Assembly: GCA_002245135.1 (NCBI GenBank)
Contig: NGBS01001174.1
Span: 1 to 64,000, forward strand
DNA length: 64,000 bases
From: Proteromonas lacertae
Lineage: Eukaryota
Direction of reading: 5' to 3'
Part shown: positions 11,033 through 22,536 of the stretch, one piece after another
Layout of the letters: every line of letters begins with the position of its first letter
Numbering within the stretch: the first letter of the stretch is position 1
Translations under genes and position numbers: made by a program
Notes under the pieces: model-generated
The model's database searches: none
What the model saw: the letters and a program-made list of their open reading frames with translations, nothing else
What the model was told of the DNA's origin: nothing

Positions 11033-11097
11033 AATGTGTGTATTTTAAAAACTATCAAAATTTACAATTGTTTGTTAATTAGGGCTAGATCTTTTAA

Positions 11098-12261
11098 TCA
11101 TAGATGAATATTAAATAGTTTCATTACCTTTTTTATACGAGTAGTAATTAATATTTCATTTTTGCTTTTATTCTTTGTAAGTAATTTTGTATCAGGACAT
11201 CTTTTCTTTATATCGCTATTGAAATGCCTACTGTGTCTTACATATAATATATTAGACGATATATATTTCTTTACTACTTTTTGTTTTGAAAATGCTTCAT
11301 GAGAGTTTATTACTACAAATTTATTTGTATCAATCATTAAGTACTTATGATTATATCCATCAGTTGTTGGACAATATCTCATAATAGAAAATATATCTAT
11401 ATCTTTTAAAGAACTATTTTCATATATTTCTATTCTATCATATTTATTATCAATTTCAAAATCTGTTTTAAAAAAGAAAGAATGCACATAAAATAATTCT
11501 CTTCTAGGAATTGAATTAATTAATTCCTTATAATTATTTGAAATAACTGGCCATAATACCTCATCTAGATCTAAAAATATAAAGTGGTTGTACTTAGTTT
11601 TGTACTGATTAAAACAATGATTTATTTTTAAACTATGTAAATGTTTCAAACTAATATTTCTTTCTTGATGATGTAAATAAATATCAGTCTGTAGTTGATA
11701 TACATCTATAACACCAATGCTACTATAATATTTTAATATGTTCTTCACCCTTTTAGATGATGAATATAAATAAAATACTAACTTAGAAACACCAAAGAAT
11801 AAATTAGACTCTATTAAACCTATTAACAATGCTGGTCTATCAAAATTTGACATAACTGGATTGCATGAAATGAAGCTATGCTTTTTACTTCTTTTAGCTA
11901 TTTTTATCCTTACAGTCACATTGTTTATTATTATTGAAGATGGAGTCTGATTTAATTCAGTCAATATTTCCATAAAATATAATATTATATTGTCATAATA
12001 TCTATATATAATATTGCACTTTTTGTTTAATTTATAATATTGAACTACACAATTATATAGATTTAACTCTTTTCTTGTTGAATGAATTATTACTTTAATT
12101 TTTTTCTCATAATTGATATATTGAACAGATGTAATATATATTTCATTATCTAATTTATATACATGTAACTTAATTATAAATGAATTACTTTGATTAATAA
12201 TCTTTATACTAATATAAAAAATAAAAGAAATTGATAATATAATCATAACAAAATATAACAT
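11098..12261 (-). CDS. GT92-like glycosyltransferase (full length)
   Basis: N-terminal TM, FFGVSKLVFY, INHCF, FLDLDEVL. Confidence 0.75.
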   Translation of the reverse strand: MLYFVMIILSISFIFYISIKIINQSNSFIIKLHVYKLDNEIYITSVQYINYEKKIKVIIHSTRKELNLYNCVVQYYKLNKKCNIIYRYYDNIILYFMEILTELNQTPSSIIINNVTVRIKIAKRSKKHSFISCNPVMSNFDRPALLIGLIESNLFFGVSKLVFYLYSSSKRVKNILKYYSSIGVIDVYQLQTDIYLHHQERNISLKHLHSLKINHCFNQYKTKYNHFIFLDLDEVLWPVISNNYKELINSIPRRELFYVHSFFFKTDFEIDNKYDRIEIYENSSLKDIDIFSIMRYCPTTDGYNHKYLMIDTNKFVVINSHEAFSKQKVVKKYISSNILYVRHSRHFNSDIKKRCPDTKLLTKNKSKNEILITTRIKKVMKLFNIHL

Positions 12262-12271
12262 TTTTTATTAG

Positions 12272-13048
12272 CTAACATTTACTATGAGGAATATATACAC
12301 CTAGATTATATTTGATTAATACATATTTATATTTCTTCATTATTAATCTATAATTTAATTCTGTGTCTTCAGCTCTATAATACATCCAACTTTCATTATA
12401 TTGGTTTATTTTTAATATCATTGTTTTTCCAGATAACCATGCATTATGTATAGGAAGTCTATAATTCAAATATTTGCAACACCACATCTGTTTTATTTTT
12501 TTATTCATATTTTTATAATAAGAATAGTAAATATCTATAGGAGTGTAATTATATGATATTCTATCTAATTCTAAATCATTATTGTCTGATTCATATAAAT
12601 TAGTAATGTTATAGGTGTAAGAATGTAGTATCATATCTAAATTGGTATATTTTATAAATGTATTATATATTATTTTAATTCTATATTTCGACATTAAATC
12701 GTCTGAATCAAAAAAACTAATATATTTACATTTAGATAATTGAATACCTGTATTTCTATTTTCAGCTTGATTATGTTTATGTTTTTTATAATAAATAATA
12801 TATACAACACCATAAAACCTTTTTACATGAATTGCAGCTGTATTACATTCGCTTACTACAATAATCACTTCATCTGGTTTTAAAATAGAATGGTGAATCA
12901 TTTTTTTAATTCTATTTTTACATATATTATATGTAGAGAATATAGTTGGTATAACTAGAGTAATTTTACATTTATTAAATACATAAACATATCTGAATGT
13001 AATAAGTAATACAATATTTATCATAAAGATGGAGATATATTTTATCAT
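12272..13048 (-). CDS. GT2 glycosyltransferase
   Basis: TM, LVIPT, PDEVIIV, RNTGI, ISFFDSDD, AEDTEL. Confidence 0.8.
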   Translation of the reverse strand: MIKYISIFMINIVLLITFRYVYVFNKCKITLVIPTIFSTYNICKNRIKKMIHHSILKPDEVIIVVSECNTAAIHVKRFYGVVYIIYYKKHKHNQAENRNTGIQLSKCKYISFFDSDDLMSKYRIKIIYNTFIKYTNLDMILHSYTYNITNLYESDNNDLELDRISYNYTPIDIYYSYYKNMNKKIKQMWCCKYLNYRLPIHNAWLSGKTMILKINQYNESWMYYRAEDTELNYRLIMKKYKYVLIKYNLGVYIPHSKC

Positions 13049-13082
13049 TAATAATAGCAATATATATTATTTATTCTTCTAA

Positions 13083-13874
13083 AACATAAAAAATAAAGTA
13101 AAAGAATATATATTTGTAACATCTATGTATTCTGGCAAATCAAAACATTCCTATAATGAGTATAAAAGATGGATAGTTAGTTTTTCCAATATTGTTAAAG
13201 ATAATGTATATATTTTTTGCAATAATGAAGGACTTAAGTTGCTAACTCCTCAATTGAGAAAATTTGTTAAAGTGATAAATAATGTATTTGATCTTGAAAG
13301 AATAAAGAATTATGAGAATAATTATAAATCTATGTGGAAAATTGATCCAGAAAGAGATTATCACAATTATCGACTATACGCTATATGGAATGGAAAAATA
13401 AGTATGTTAAAATATGTATCAGATCATGTAAAAAGTAAAATATATATATGGATCGATATTGGATCTAATAGAGAAAATAAATGGTATAAAACCTTTCCAT
13501 CCAAAACAAGAATTAACTACCTTCAAAATATTACGAAAGATTCTTCTATATATTTCTTTCTAATGAACAATTTTCCCAACACTAGTAAAACAAAAATGGA
13601 ACTAATTACAAACAATTGCATTGAAGGTGGAACATTTGGTGGATCACGAAAAGGTATCAAGAAATACTTCTATACATTTTTTTCCCTTCATGATAGATTC
13701 TATAATATGAATCAGTTTGTAGGAAAAGATCAAATATTGTATAACACTATAGCATACTATAATCTAAATAAAGTAATTCTATTCAAATATAAATCAAACT
13801 GTTGTAATAATGATAAATGGTTAAGATTTTATGATTTTTATGCTAATTTAGATTGTGCTGATGTTGTCATTTAA
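13083..13874 (+). CDS. HtrL/YibB-like putative glycosyltransferase (5' end disrupted or unclear)
   Basis: IFVT, IWNGK, WIDIG, GGTFGG, GKDQ; in-frame TAA at 13080 separates it from any membrane anchor. Confidence 0.65.
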   Translation, partial: NIKNKVKEYIFVTSMYSGKSKHSYNEYKRWIVSFSNIVKDNVYIFCNNEGLKLLTPQLRKFVKVINNVFDLERIKNYENNYKSMWKIDPERDYHNYRLYAIWNGKISMLKYVSDHVKSKIYIWIDIGSNRENKWYKTFPSKTRINYLQNITKDSSIYFFLMNNFPNTSKTKMELITNNCIEGGTFGGSRKGIKKYFYTFFSLHDRFYNMNQFVGKDQILYNTIAYYNLNKVILFKYKSNCCNNDKWLRFYDFYANLDCADVVI

Positions 13875-14029
13875 TAAAATATAATGTACAATTAAGTTAG
13901 ATTAACAATTATATTTTGGATCTAGTTTATTAAAAATGATTTAGAGATTTAAATATTAATCACCATCCATATCTTATATATTTAGAAGTTAATTATTATA
14001 CAGTAAGAAATAAACTTAGTAAATATAGC

Positions 14030-14862
14030 TAATAAACAATGTGACTGTAAGGATAAAAATAGCTAAAAGAAGTAAAAAGCATAGCTTCATTTCATGCAAT
14101 CCAGTTATGTCAAATTTTGATAGACCAGCATTGTTAATAGGTTTAATAGAGTCTAATTTATTCTTTGGTGTTTCTAAGTTAGTATTTTATTTATATTCAT
14201 CATCTAAAAGGGTGAAGAACATATTAAAATATTATAGTAGCATTGGTGTTATAGATGTATATCAACTACAGACTGATATTTATTTACATCATCAAGAAAG
14301 AAATATTAGTTTGAAACATTTACATAGTTTAAAAATAAATCATTGTTTTAATCAGTACAAAACTAAGTACAACCACTTTATATTTTTAGATCTAGATGAG
14401 GTATTATGGCCAGTTATTTCAAATAATTATAAGGAATTAATTAATTCAATTCCTAGAAGAGAATTATTTTATGTGCATTCTTTCTTTTTTAAAACAGATT
14501 TTGAAATTGATAATAAATATGATAGAATAGAAATATATGAAAATAGTTCTTTAAAAGATATAGATATATTTTCTATTATGAGATATTGTCCAACAACTGA
14601 TGGATATAATCATAAGTACTTAATGATTGATACAAATAAATTTGTAGTAATAAACTCTCATGAAGCATTTTCAAAACAAAAAGTAGTAAAGAAATATATA
14701 TCGTCTAATATATTATATGTAAGACACAGTAGGCATTTCAATAGCGATATAAAGAAAAGATGTCCTGATACAAAATTACTTACAAAGAATAAAAGCAAAA
14801 ATGAAATATTAATTACTACTCGTATAAAAAAGGTAATGAAACTATTTAATATTCATCTATGA
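14030..14862 (+). pseudogene. 5'-truncated GT92 copy
   Basis: Identical to the C-terminal ~275 aa of 11098-12261; lacks the TM and start. Confidence 0.85.
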
Positions 14863-14927
14863 TTAAAAGATCTAGCCCTAATTAACAAACAATTGTAAAT
14901 TTTGATAGTTTTTAAAATACACACATT

Positions 14928-15782
14928 TTGACAAATAGTATATATTTCGTTATTTTTTTTATTGTAATTATAAAATGGATTATTTCAAGAGCAAAAATAT
15001 TAAACAATACATATGATAATAAGAATCAAAATTACAATAATCATAAACAAATAGAAGATGTTTTTTTATATAATTATTCAATTAAATCCAACACTAATAG
15101 TTTCTATAAAATATTATTTTTTATAGAATCATCTACAGCACATGTAAATTATAGAAAAAATATAAAGAAAACGTGGATATACATTTGCAAAAGATTAACA
15201 TGTAATTACTATTTTATAATAGCTACAAAAGGGATAGTAGACAAAATAAAATTAGAAAACAATAATGATATAATTGGCGTTGATGTAATAGATAATTATT
15301 ATAACCTAACAATCTTAACATGTAATATATTCAAATATTATTATACTAATAGTCTGAAATCTGATTATATTATAAAAATAGATGATGATATATATCCCAA
15401 TATTCCATTAATATACATATATATTAACATTTATCAACACAAATCTTTAATATCAGGATTCTACTACCCTAAAATGAAAGTAAATAGAAATACTAACTCA
15501 TCTGTATATCTACCAAAGTCAGTTTATCCTTATTCATTTTTCCCACAATTTGTAGCAGGAGGATTCGTTATAATAAATAGCAATTTAATAATGCAAATAT
15601 ACAAAGAATTATTGAAAGAGAAAAGAATAATTTATAGAGAAGATATGCATATGGCTATCATTTATAGAAAACTAAGTATAGAATATCAAAAATTAAATAA
15701 ATATTATCACAGAAAAGCTAAAATAATCACAACAGAAAACAAAGAGAATGATATATGCTGGCATGGATTTAGCTATATATAA
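14928..15782 (+). CDS. GT31-like (duplicate)
   Basis: Identical translation to 10178-11032. Confidence 0.8.
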   Translation: MTNSIYFVIFFIVIIKWIISRAKILNNTYDNKNQNYNNHKQIEDVFLYNYSIKSNTNSFYKILFFIESSTAHVNYRKNIKKTWIYICKRLTCNYYFIIATKGIVDKIKLENNNDIIGVDVIDNYYNLTILTCNIFKYYYTNSLKSDYIIKIDDDIYPNIPLIYIYINIYQHKSLISGFYYPKMKVNRNTNSSVYLPKSVYPYSFFPQFVAGGFVIINSNLIMQIYKELLKEKRIIYREDMHMAIIYRKLSIEYQKLNKYYHRKAKIITTENKENDICWHGFSYI

Positions 15783-15934
15783 ATAGAAAAAATAATACGA
15801 TTAGAAATCATAAGATTTAAACTTATTGTGTATATTTCAAAGATTCATTAACAACAACAGTTTAAAATGTTAGTTAATGGGGATAAATTACAATACATAT
15901 AAAAATGAAATTAATAATAGGTTGTGTAAAAGTA

Positions 15935-16981
15935 TTATTTATCATAATAATAATCTTTATGCCATGTTATATATCTTTTAATACCATCTTCAATTGTTAT
16001 TTTTGGTTCATAACGTAATTGTTTGTTAATTTTTGTAATATCAGCATATGTATTTTCTATATCTCCTTTTTGCATTGGCATAAAATTCTTAATTGCTTCT
16101 TTGTTTAATATTTTTTCAAAATAATGTATATATTCCATTAAACTAATAGGATTTGAACTTCCTATATTATATACTTCAAACGGAGATGAAGAAGTTGAAC
16201 AATCATGATCAGCAATTAAACTATTCCTTTCATGAGGAGGGTGAAAGATTATTAATTTTATACCACGCACTATATCATCAACATAAGTAAAATCTCTTGT
16301 CATATTTCCATTATTGAATATATTAATTGGTTTATCATTTAAAATAGCATCAACAAATTTAAATGCTGCCATATCTGGTCTCCCCCATGGTCCATAAACA
16401 GTAAAAAATCTAAGACCAGTTGTAGGTAGTTTGTATATGGTGCTGTAAGAATGTGCTAATATTTCATCACATCTTTTTGTTGCAGCATATAAACTAACAG
16501 GATGATCTGCACAATCACATTCTTTATAGGGCATAGTCTGATTTAATCCATAAACACTACTTGAACTAGCATACGCAAAATGTTTGATCTTGCATTCTAC
16601 ACAAATGTTTAATAAATTCATAAATCCCACAATATTATCTTGAATATAGATATCAGGGTTTTCGATTGAATATCTAACACCTGGCTGACCTGCTAAATTA
16701 ACAACATATTCGATATGATATGTATAGAATAAGTTTTTAATTGTTTCTTTTTCTTTAATATTGCATTGCACAAAAGTAAAACCTTTTCTTTTACCCACAA
16801 AATTATGATCGTCAATATCAGTTTTGCTGTAACCTAATAGTTCAAGTCTTTTATACTTCAAATTTAAATCATAGTAATCACATAATGAATCAACACCTAC
16901 AATATTATAGTCATCATTTAATAAAGAATCAATTAAATGAAAACCAATAAAGCCAGCAGCCCCTGTTATTAAAATTGTCAT
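15935..16981 (-). CDS. UDP-glucuronate 4-epimerase (duplicate)
   Basis: Identical translation to 8979-10025. Confidence 0.93.
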   Translation of the reverse strand: MTILITGAAGFIGFHLIDSLLNDDYNIVGVDSLCDYYDLNLKYKRLELLGYSKTDIDDHNFVGKRKGFTFVQCNIKEKETIKNLFYTYHIEYVVNLAGQPGVRYSIENPDIYIQDNIVGFMNLLNICVECKIKHFAYASSSSVYGLNQTMPYKECDCADHPVSLYAATKRCDEILAHSYSTIYKLPTTGLRFFTVYGPWGRPDMAAFKFVDAILNDKPINIFNNGNMTRDFTYVDDIVRGIKLIIFHPPHERNSLIADHDCSTSSSPFEVYNIGSSNPISLMEYIHYFEKILNKEAIKNFMPMQKGDIENTYADITKINKQLRYEPKITIEDGIKRYITWHKDYYYDK

Positions 16982-17008
16982 TCACAGAAAATATAAAATA
17001 AATTTTAG

Positions 17009-18817
17009 TTAGCAAAATCTAGATGTATTATTTAAGAAATGTAGATGAAAATAATCTTCATTTCTTATTCTATGAAGTGATTCAATTTCTAAAATTATTT
17101 TATTCTTATTTAAAATAATATCTTTTATTAATCTTACAAAATCATAAGATAAATGATGATAATCTACATACATAAGAATATTTGAATGAAGTAAACTACA
17201 TACATTATTTGGACATATTACATCAATGAATGATAAATATTTTTCATTTAAATAACTTTTAATTATTCTATATATATAGAATATACATTTATTTGAATGT
17301 AAAGAAAATTTTGAATTATTTATATTATTCTTTATGTAATAATGAGGATTGAATTTCAAGTATGGTGTATCTTCAATATAATATACATTATCTGTGAATT
17401 TTTTTAATTCCTTAATACACTCAATTATTATATTCTGAATAGTTTTACTATTATTATTAATGCTATTTATATAATTGGTTGTGAATATTTTATTAATATT
17501 ATATATATTAATTAAATAATTTTCTAATTCGATATTCCTATATTTAGATACAATCATTCTCTTAATTGTTGTCCATATAAATAAAATGTACATGTTATTA
17601 AGCAAAGCTAATTTATAGAGTAATGGAGACCATACAATTAAATGAGAATCACCAATTAACAAATACCATGTTTTGTCTTTTATATACTCTATACTAGAAT
17701 GTTTTACAACACTATTTAAGCATTCTTTGCGAATTACATTATAATTAGATATAAATAGAGGAGGTTTTGTTTTTATATCATATTTATATTTTATATGAGT
17801 TATTCTCAATATAAATGCTCCTAGTGATAAAGATAGTAATATTATAACATATTTATATTTCCTAATATATTTCAAGGGATATTCAATTGTATAATATGAT
17901 AATACTGAATATATGATTATAGAAAATAAATAATTTGTAACTTTCTTATATTTATTTATCACTAACAATATATAATGCCATAAATATAAAGAATATGATA
18001 CTTCTCCTGCAAATGATATTGGAAAAGAACTGATTATTCTATTAATAGAATATAAATGATTATTTGTATTATAAATGATTGGAGTTATAGAAATAAGTGG
18101 TATTAAAGGATAAAAACTTGGATATATATTATTACTATTAAATTTAAATATGAAAATGAATAATATCATTAGCCCTACTATTGATATACTATTCATATCA
18201 ACTGTTAAATATTTTTGAGAAATAAAAGTAATAATGCCAAACAAAAATTCCCATAGCCTTGCTTTTAACATAAAATAAGCCAACTGAATATATTTTCTTG
18301 AAAGTAATATAGAATATATTAAAAATATAAAAGATAATAAATAGTTTATAATATCATTACTGAATAAAAACAGCGGGAATAAGATATAGAATTGTTCTTC
18401 AACTGATAAAGACCAAAAATGTAGTATAACTGATGGAGGCTGAGATTCATACATATAATCTATATTTTTATTGTAAAATCGAATATTTGATATACCAAAT
18501 ATTGCATATCTGACATCACTCTGTATATCATCTGGATTATATTCTTTAAGATTGTTCATATTTATTAGCACATATAGCAAAACTATATAACTAATTGGTA
18601 TAATTCTTTTAATCCTATTAGAATAGAAATTGAAAATTATTGATAATTTTGTAGTGTTTTTGCTATTATAAACCATTTTCATTATATAACCAGAGATAAA
18701 GAAGAATATATCTACGCCTATATATCCTGCTATTATATATTCTTTGTTATAATGATAAAATATAACTAATAAAACAGCTATACCTCTTAAACCATCTATA
18801 TCTTTTCTGAAGTTCAT
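17009..18817 (-). CDS. OafA/OatA-type acyltransferase-3 plus SGNH O-acetyltransferase
   Basis: RKDIDGLRGIAV, GVDIFFFISGY, HFWSLSVEEQFY, SYSLYLWH, GDSH, DYHH. Confidence 0.92.
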   Translation of the reverse strand: MNFRKDIDGLRGIAVLLVIFYHYNKEYIIAGYIGVDIFFFISGYIMKMVYNSKNTTKLSIIFNFYSNRIKRIIPISYIVLLYVLINMNNLKEYNPDDIQSDVRYAIFGISNIRFYNKNIDYMYESQPPSVILHFWSLSVEEQFYILFPLFLFSNDIINYLLSFIFLIYSILLSRKYIQLAYFMLKARLWEFLFGIITFISQKYLTVDMNSISIVGLMILFIFIFKFNSNNIYPSFYPLIPLISITPIIYNTNNHLYSINRIISSFPISFAGEVSYSLYLWHYILLVINKYKKVTNYLFSIIIYSVLSYYTIEYPLKYIRKYKYVIILLSLSLGAFILRITHIKYKYDIKTKPPLFISNYNVIRKECLNSVVKHSSIEYIKDKTWYLLIGDSHLIVWSPLLYKLALLNNMYILFIWTTIKRMIVSKYRNIELENYLINIYNINKIFTTNYINSINNNSKTIQNIIIECIKELKKFTDNVYYIEDTPYLKFNPHYYIKNNINNSKFSLHSNKCIFYIYRIIKSYLNEKYLSFIDVICPNNVCSLLHSNILMYVDYHHLSYDFVRLIKDIILNKNKIILEIESLHRIRNEDYFHLHFLNNTSRFC

Positions 18818-19017
18818 TTTTTATGCTGATCATTTTCAATTTTGAAACCTATTTCTTCAATCAAATTTATATATTTCAAATTTTAATACATATAATTCTA
18901 TGAAAATATAAACTCACTAACTGAATTATTTTTTTATTGATGCAAGGAGAACATATACTTTTTTCTGGTATATAACTTTGTTTTATATAGTTTTATCAAT
19001 AATCTAACATAATCTAA

Positions 19018-19893
19018 GTAGAAAAAATTACTTTAAAAATTAGCTATTATAATATATTTGTTATTGTTATTAATATCATTATTATTGCTTTATATATATA
19101 CAAAAAAATAAATATTACATATCAATATGTATTTGTAACTTGCTATTATAAAGGTAAATCAAAACATAACATTAGTTCATTTAAACAATGGATAGATAAA
19201 TTTTCTACCATAGTATATAAAAATATATTCATTTTTTGTAATGAAGAAGGATATAGATTGATAAATAGTAAGTTAAAACAGCATGTAATTGTTATTAATG
19301 ATATATTTGATATGGAAAAAATTAAAGACTACAAAGAAAATTATAAAAATATGTGGAAAATAGATTCTGAAAAAAATATACATAATCATAGATTGTACGG
19401 TATTTGGAATGGAAAAATTTGCATGTTAAAATATGTTTCAGAGCATATCAATAGTAAAATCTATATATGGTTAGATATAGGATCATTCAGAGATAATAAA
19501 TCATATAATGTATTTCCATCAATAAAACGAATTCATTACCTTCAAAGTATTGTAAAAATATACTCAATGTTTTTTTTCCTCTTATACAATTTTACATATT
19601 ATAATATATCTAAAATGTCACTAATAACAGGCAACTTCATTCAAGGAGGAACATTTGGAGGATCAAAATTAGGAATAAAGAAATATTTTATACAATTCTT
19701 TAACACACATGATACATTTTTAAAGTTAGAGCAATTTGTCGGAAAAGATCAAACGTTATATAACACAATTGCTTATTATAATTTAAGTAATATAGCATTA
19801 TTGAAGTATGTTTCTAATGACTGTAACTCAAGTAGATGGAGAAGATTTTGTGATTTTTATGCAGGATTAGAATGTGCAAGAGTGAAAATATAG
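19018..19893 (+). CDS. HtrL/YibB-like putative glycosyltransferase, no ATG before anchor
   Basis: Paralog of 13083-13874; frame open from 19018 with a TM-like stretch and YVFVTCYYKGKSKH. Confidence 0.7.
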   Translation, partial: VEKITLKISYYNIFVIVINIIIIALYIYKKINITYQYVFVTCYYKGKSKHNISSFKQWIDKFSTIVYKNIFIFCNEEGYRLINSKLKQHVIVINDIFDMEKIKDYKENYKNMWKIDSEKNIHNHRLYGIWNGKICMLKYVSEHINSKIYIWLDIGSFRDNKSYNVFPSIKRIHYLQSIVKIYSMFFFLLYNFTYYNISKMSLITGNFIQGGTFGGSKLGIKKYFIQFFNTHDTFLKLEQFVGKDQTLYNTIAYYNLSNIALLKYVSNDCNSSRWRRFCDFYAGLECARVKI

Positions 19894-20615
19894 AATTACA
19901 GTGTTTTCCAGTTTGGTTGAGTAAACATTCATAAAACTTATGAATTTACTGACTAGTTTCAAAAAACAAATTATAACTTTCATAAAAGAAATATATTTAA
20001 TTCTTTTCACTAAATAAAATAAAGACGCAATAATTAGATTTTAATATTATAAATTGTAATGAAAGTGTTTTCTAAATTTCTTTGCTTTTAATTACATCTA
20101 AATGTATAAAATAATAGATATGTAGAATTTTACAGTAACATTCCTTAGGAGTTATAGTTTTGAATGATTTAGCTATTTTGTGTAAAACTTGTTCTTTATT
20201 CATATATTGTGCTTTTTCTGTATGTTTTTTTTCCAAAAAGAAAACACAGATTAAATTGGATTCATTATGTAACTGTACGTTGCGTAGAAAAGATATTTGG
20301 ATAATGTTAAATCATCTATTATACTATATAATAAATACTACATATTAAATGTAGAAATAAGTACAACATTACAAGAAAAAATATATCTAAAAAATATCTC
20401 CAAGATATAAATACTTGAGATTTTTATATCTTTTCTGAAAATAATAATTTGTTATTTGACACTGGTCACTAAATTCATAAATATTATAAATACAAACTTG
20501 AAAGCTTGAATATTTTATTGAAAGTACTCATAAGTAATATAAATGTTTTCTCATTCATACTGAAATACATTGTATAACAAATGATTTGTAGATGTGAATA
20601 TATAAATATATCTCT

Positions 20616-21476
20616 ATGTTAATTATCTTAATGTTTATTAAAATATCATTTGTGTTATTATTTTTAATTTATATCTTTAATAATCTACAAAAGAATAAAT
20701 CCACTAGTATATATGCATTTATGAGAGTGAAGAATGAACAATTCACATTATATACCTCATTATCAACATTATTGCCTTATATAAACTTTGGAGTAATTGC
20801 ATCTAATGGTAATGAAGATAAAAGTGAAGCAATAATTCACAATTTTTGTAAAATACATAAAAACTATTTATATATAAAATATCCATTCTATGTAATACCA
20901 GCTAATAGCATATTGTATAAGAAAAAACAAAATTATGAAAATAGATTAGATAGTTACTACAATACAGCATTAATTAAAATACCAAATAACCATTGGATGA
21001 TTAAAACAGATGCAGATGAATTATATAATTCATATGACATTATGAATATTACAACTTGCGAAGAAAATAAAAAATATCTAATATGTTTACCTAGAATAAA
21101 TATATATCTGATAAATTGTACATTCTATTCTTTAAAAAATAACTACGTAGTTAATCCATGTGATCAATGGTTGTTTTTTAAAACTGGCAAAGAAAGATTT
21201 ATTATGGATATAAAAAATAATAGTAATGGTTATCATGCATATGAGCTTTTAAGATTTGGAAAGAAAAGAGTAATAAGCATAAATAAAATAACAATACTGC
21301 ATATAAGCCATTTTAACAAGGATATAGAAAGAAAATATTTGAATAATGATCTAATAAAATTCATAGATTTACTTAAGACGAATAATCATATTATATCAAT
21401 AAATAATCAAATTCAAACAAATTTATTACATTTAGAAAATGAATGTTTATTAAACAAAAAGGATTTTTATTATTGA
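20616..21476 (+). CDS. CgtA-like beta-1,4-GalNAc transferase (GT82-like) with N-terminal anchor
   Basis: AFMRVKNEQFTLYTSL...GVIA..N.D.SE.II..FCK...KYP...NRLDSYYN...IP.NHWMIKTDAD matches the Campylobacter CgtA motif pattern. Confidence 0.75.
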   Translation: MLIILMFIKISFVLLFLIYIFNNLQKNKSTSIYAFMRVKNEQFTLYTSLSTLLPYINFGVIASNGNEDKSEAIIHNFCKIHKNYLYIKYPFYVIPANSILYKKKQNYENRLDSYYNTALIKIPNNHWMIKTDADELYNSYDIMNITTCEENKKYLICLPRINIYLINCTFYSLKNNYVVNPCDQWLFFKTGKERFIMDIKNNSNGYHAYELLRFGKKRVISINKITILHISHFNKDIERKYLNNDLIKFIDLLKTNNHIISINNQIQTNLLHLENECLLNKKDFYY

Positions 21477-21492
21477 TGGTAATAAAAAATAG

Positions 21493-22510
21493 TTAAATGG
21501 TATTATATGAAAATAAATAATGATCATAATCTAAATGATAGTCACATTTCCCTTGAATCTTTCCTCTACTTGAATAATTTAAACCATCAATTGCATAATA
21601 TTTATTCAGATTCATAATAACTGACAGAAATGTATATGTACTTGCGCAAGAACCGATAATAACATTACAATTTGACAGAATAAATTGCTCTTTAATTGAT
21701 GCCTCGTTTATTCTATGCTCTATTTTATGTGATATATTTTTTATATTTTTGCATAAACTATTTCTATACTTTTCTTTAAAAATACATTTTACTTTACTAG
21801 AGTCGGATATTATATACATATATGTTCGTCTATTACTGTACTTCTTCTTTACATATTCAATAGCTGAATAATATAATTTCTGGGTGTGATTATTAAAAAA
21901 TCTGCTGCTTTTCTCTTTGAAATCAGATAATATAGATGTTCTTATATGAATTCCTATTAATATACCATTATTTTCTTTTTTAAAAACATATAATAAATGT
22001 TGTAATTCTTCTTTTGGTTTAAGTAATTCTTTAAGTAGTCTTTTTCGTAGTTTATATATTTCATGTATTTGGTTCTTATTATATAAATCAAAATTAATGC
22101 ATTTTGTTATTTTAAGTTTACATAATTCAATACATGATTCAATTAAATCATGACATGTAGAAACATATATATTTTCTCTTATTTGAAATTTAATATAATT
22201 ATATTTTTTTATACTGGAGATGGTAATGTACTTCCCATCTGTATAATTAGTGAAGAAATAGTTCAGGTATGTTATAATATCTGCTTATTGATAAGAATTC
22301 TTTTTTAAGAGATATTTTGAAACATCTTTTCATTAGAATTGCTAAATAAACAGAGCTATAATACCCTAATATTATATTTGACATACCTCCTAATCCTTTA
22401 TAATAGTAAGTTTTATTGAAGGAAGAATAAATAACATTATAAAGTGATATATTATATACTTTTATATAAATGAACATCAATATTAATAAATATGTAGTTA
22501 TTATATTCAT
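21493..22510 (-). CDS. Fucosyltransferase-like (GT23/GT37/NodZ superfamily); frameshift or atypical intron near 22250-22325
   Basis: GLGGMSNIILG, LLKPK, IGIHIRT, YIISDS, STYT. Confidence 0.65.
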
Positions 22511-22536
22511 CTTAAAAATATTACTTAAAACTGCAT

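Larger units (their letters stand above)
8133..11930 (+). repeat. Arm 1 of 3798-bp inverted duplication
   Basis: Reverse complement of 14030-17827; both end pairs sum to 25960 and the ORF translations are identical. Confidence 0.95.
14030..17827 (-). repeat. Arm 2 of inverted duplication
   Basis: Reverse complement of 8133-11930. Confidence 0.95.

Noticed and set aside
19900..20570. Possible further decayed island gene on the minus strand
   Set aside because: No continuous frame or diagnostic motif could be reconstructed.
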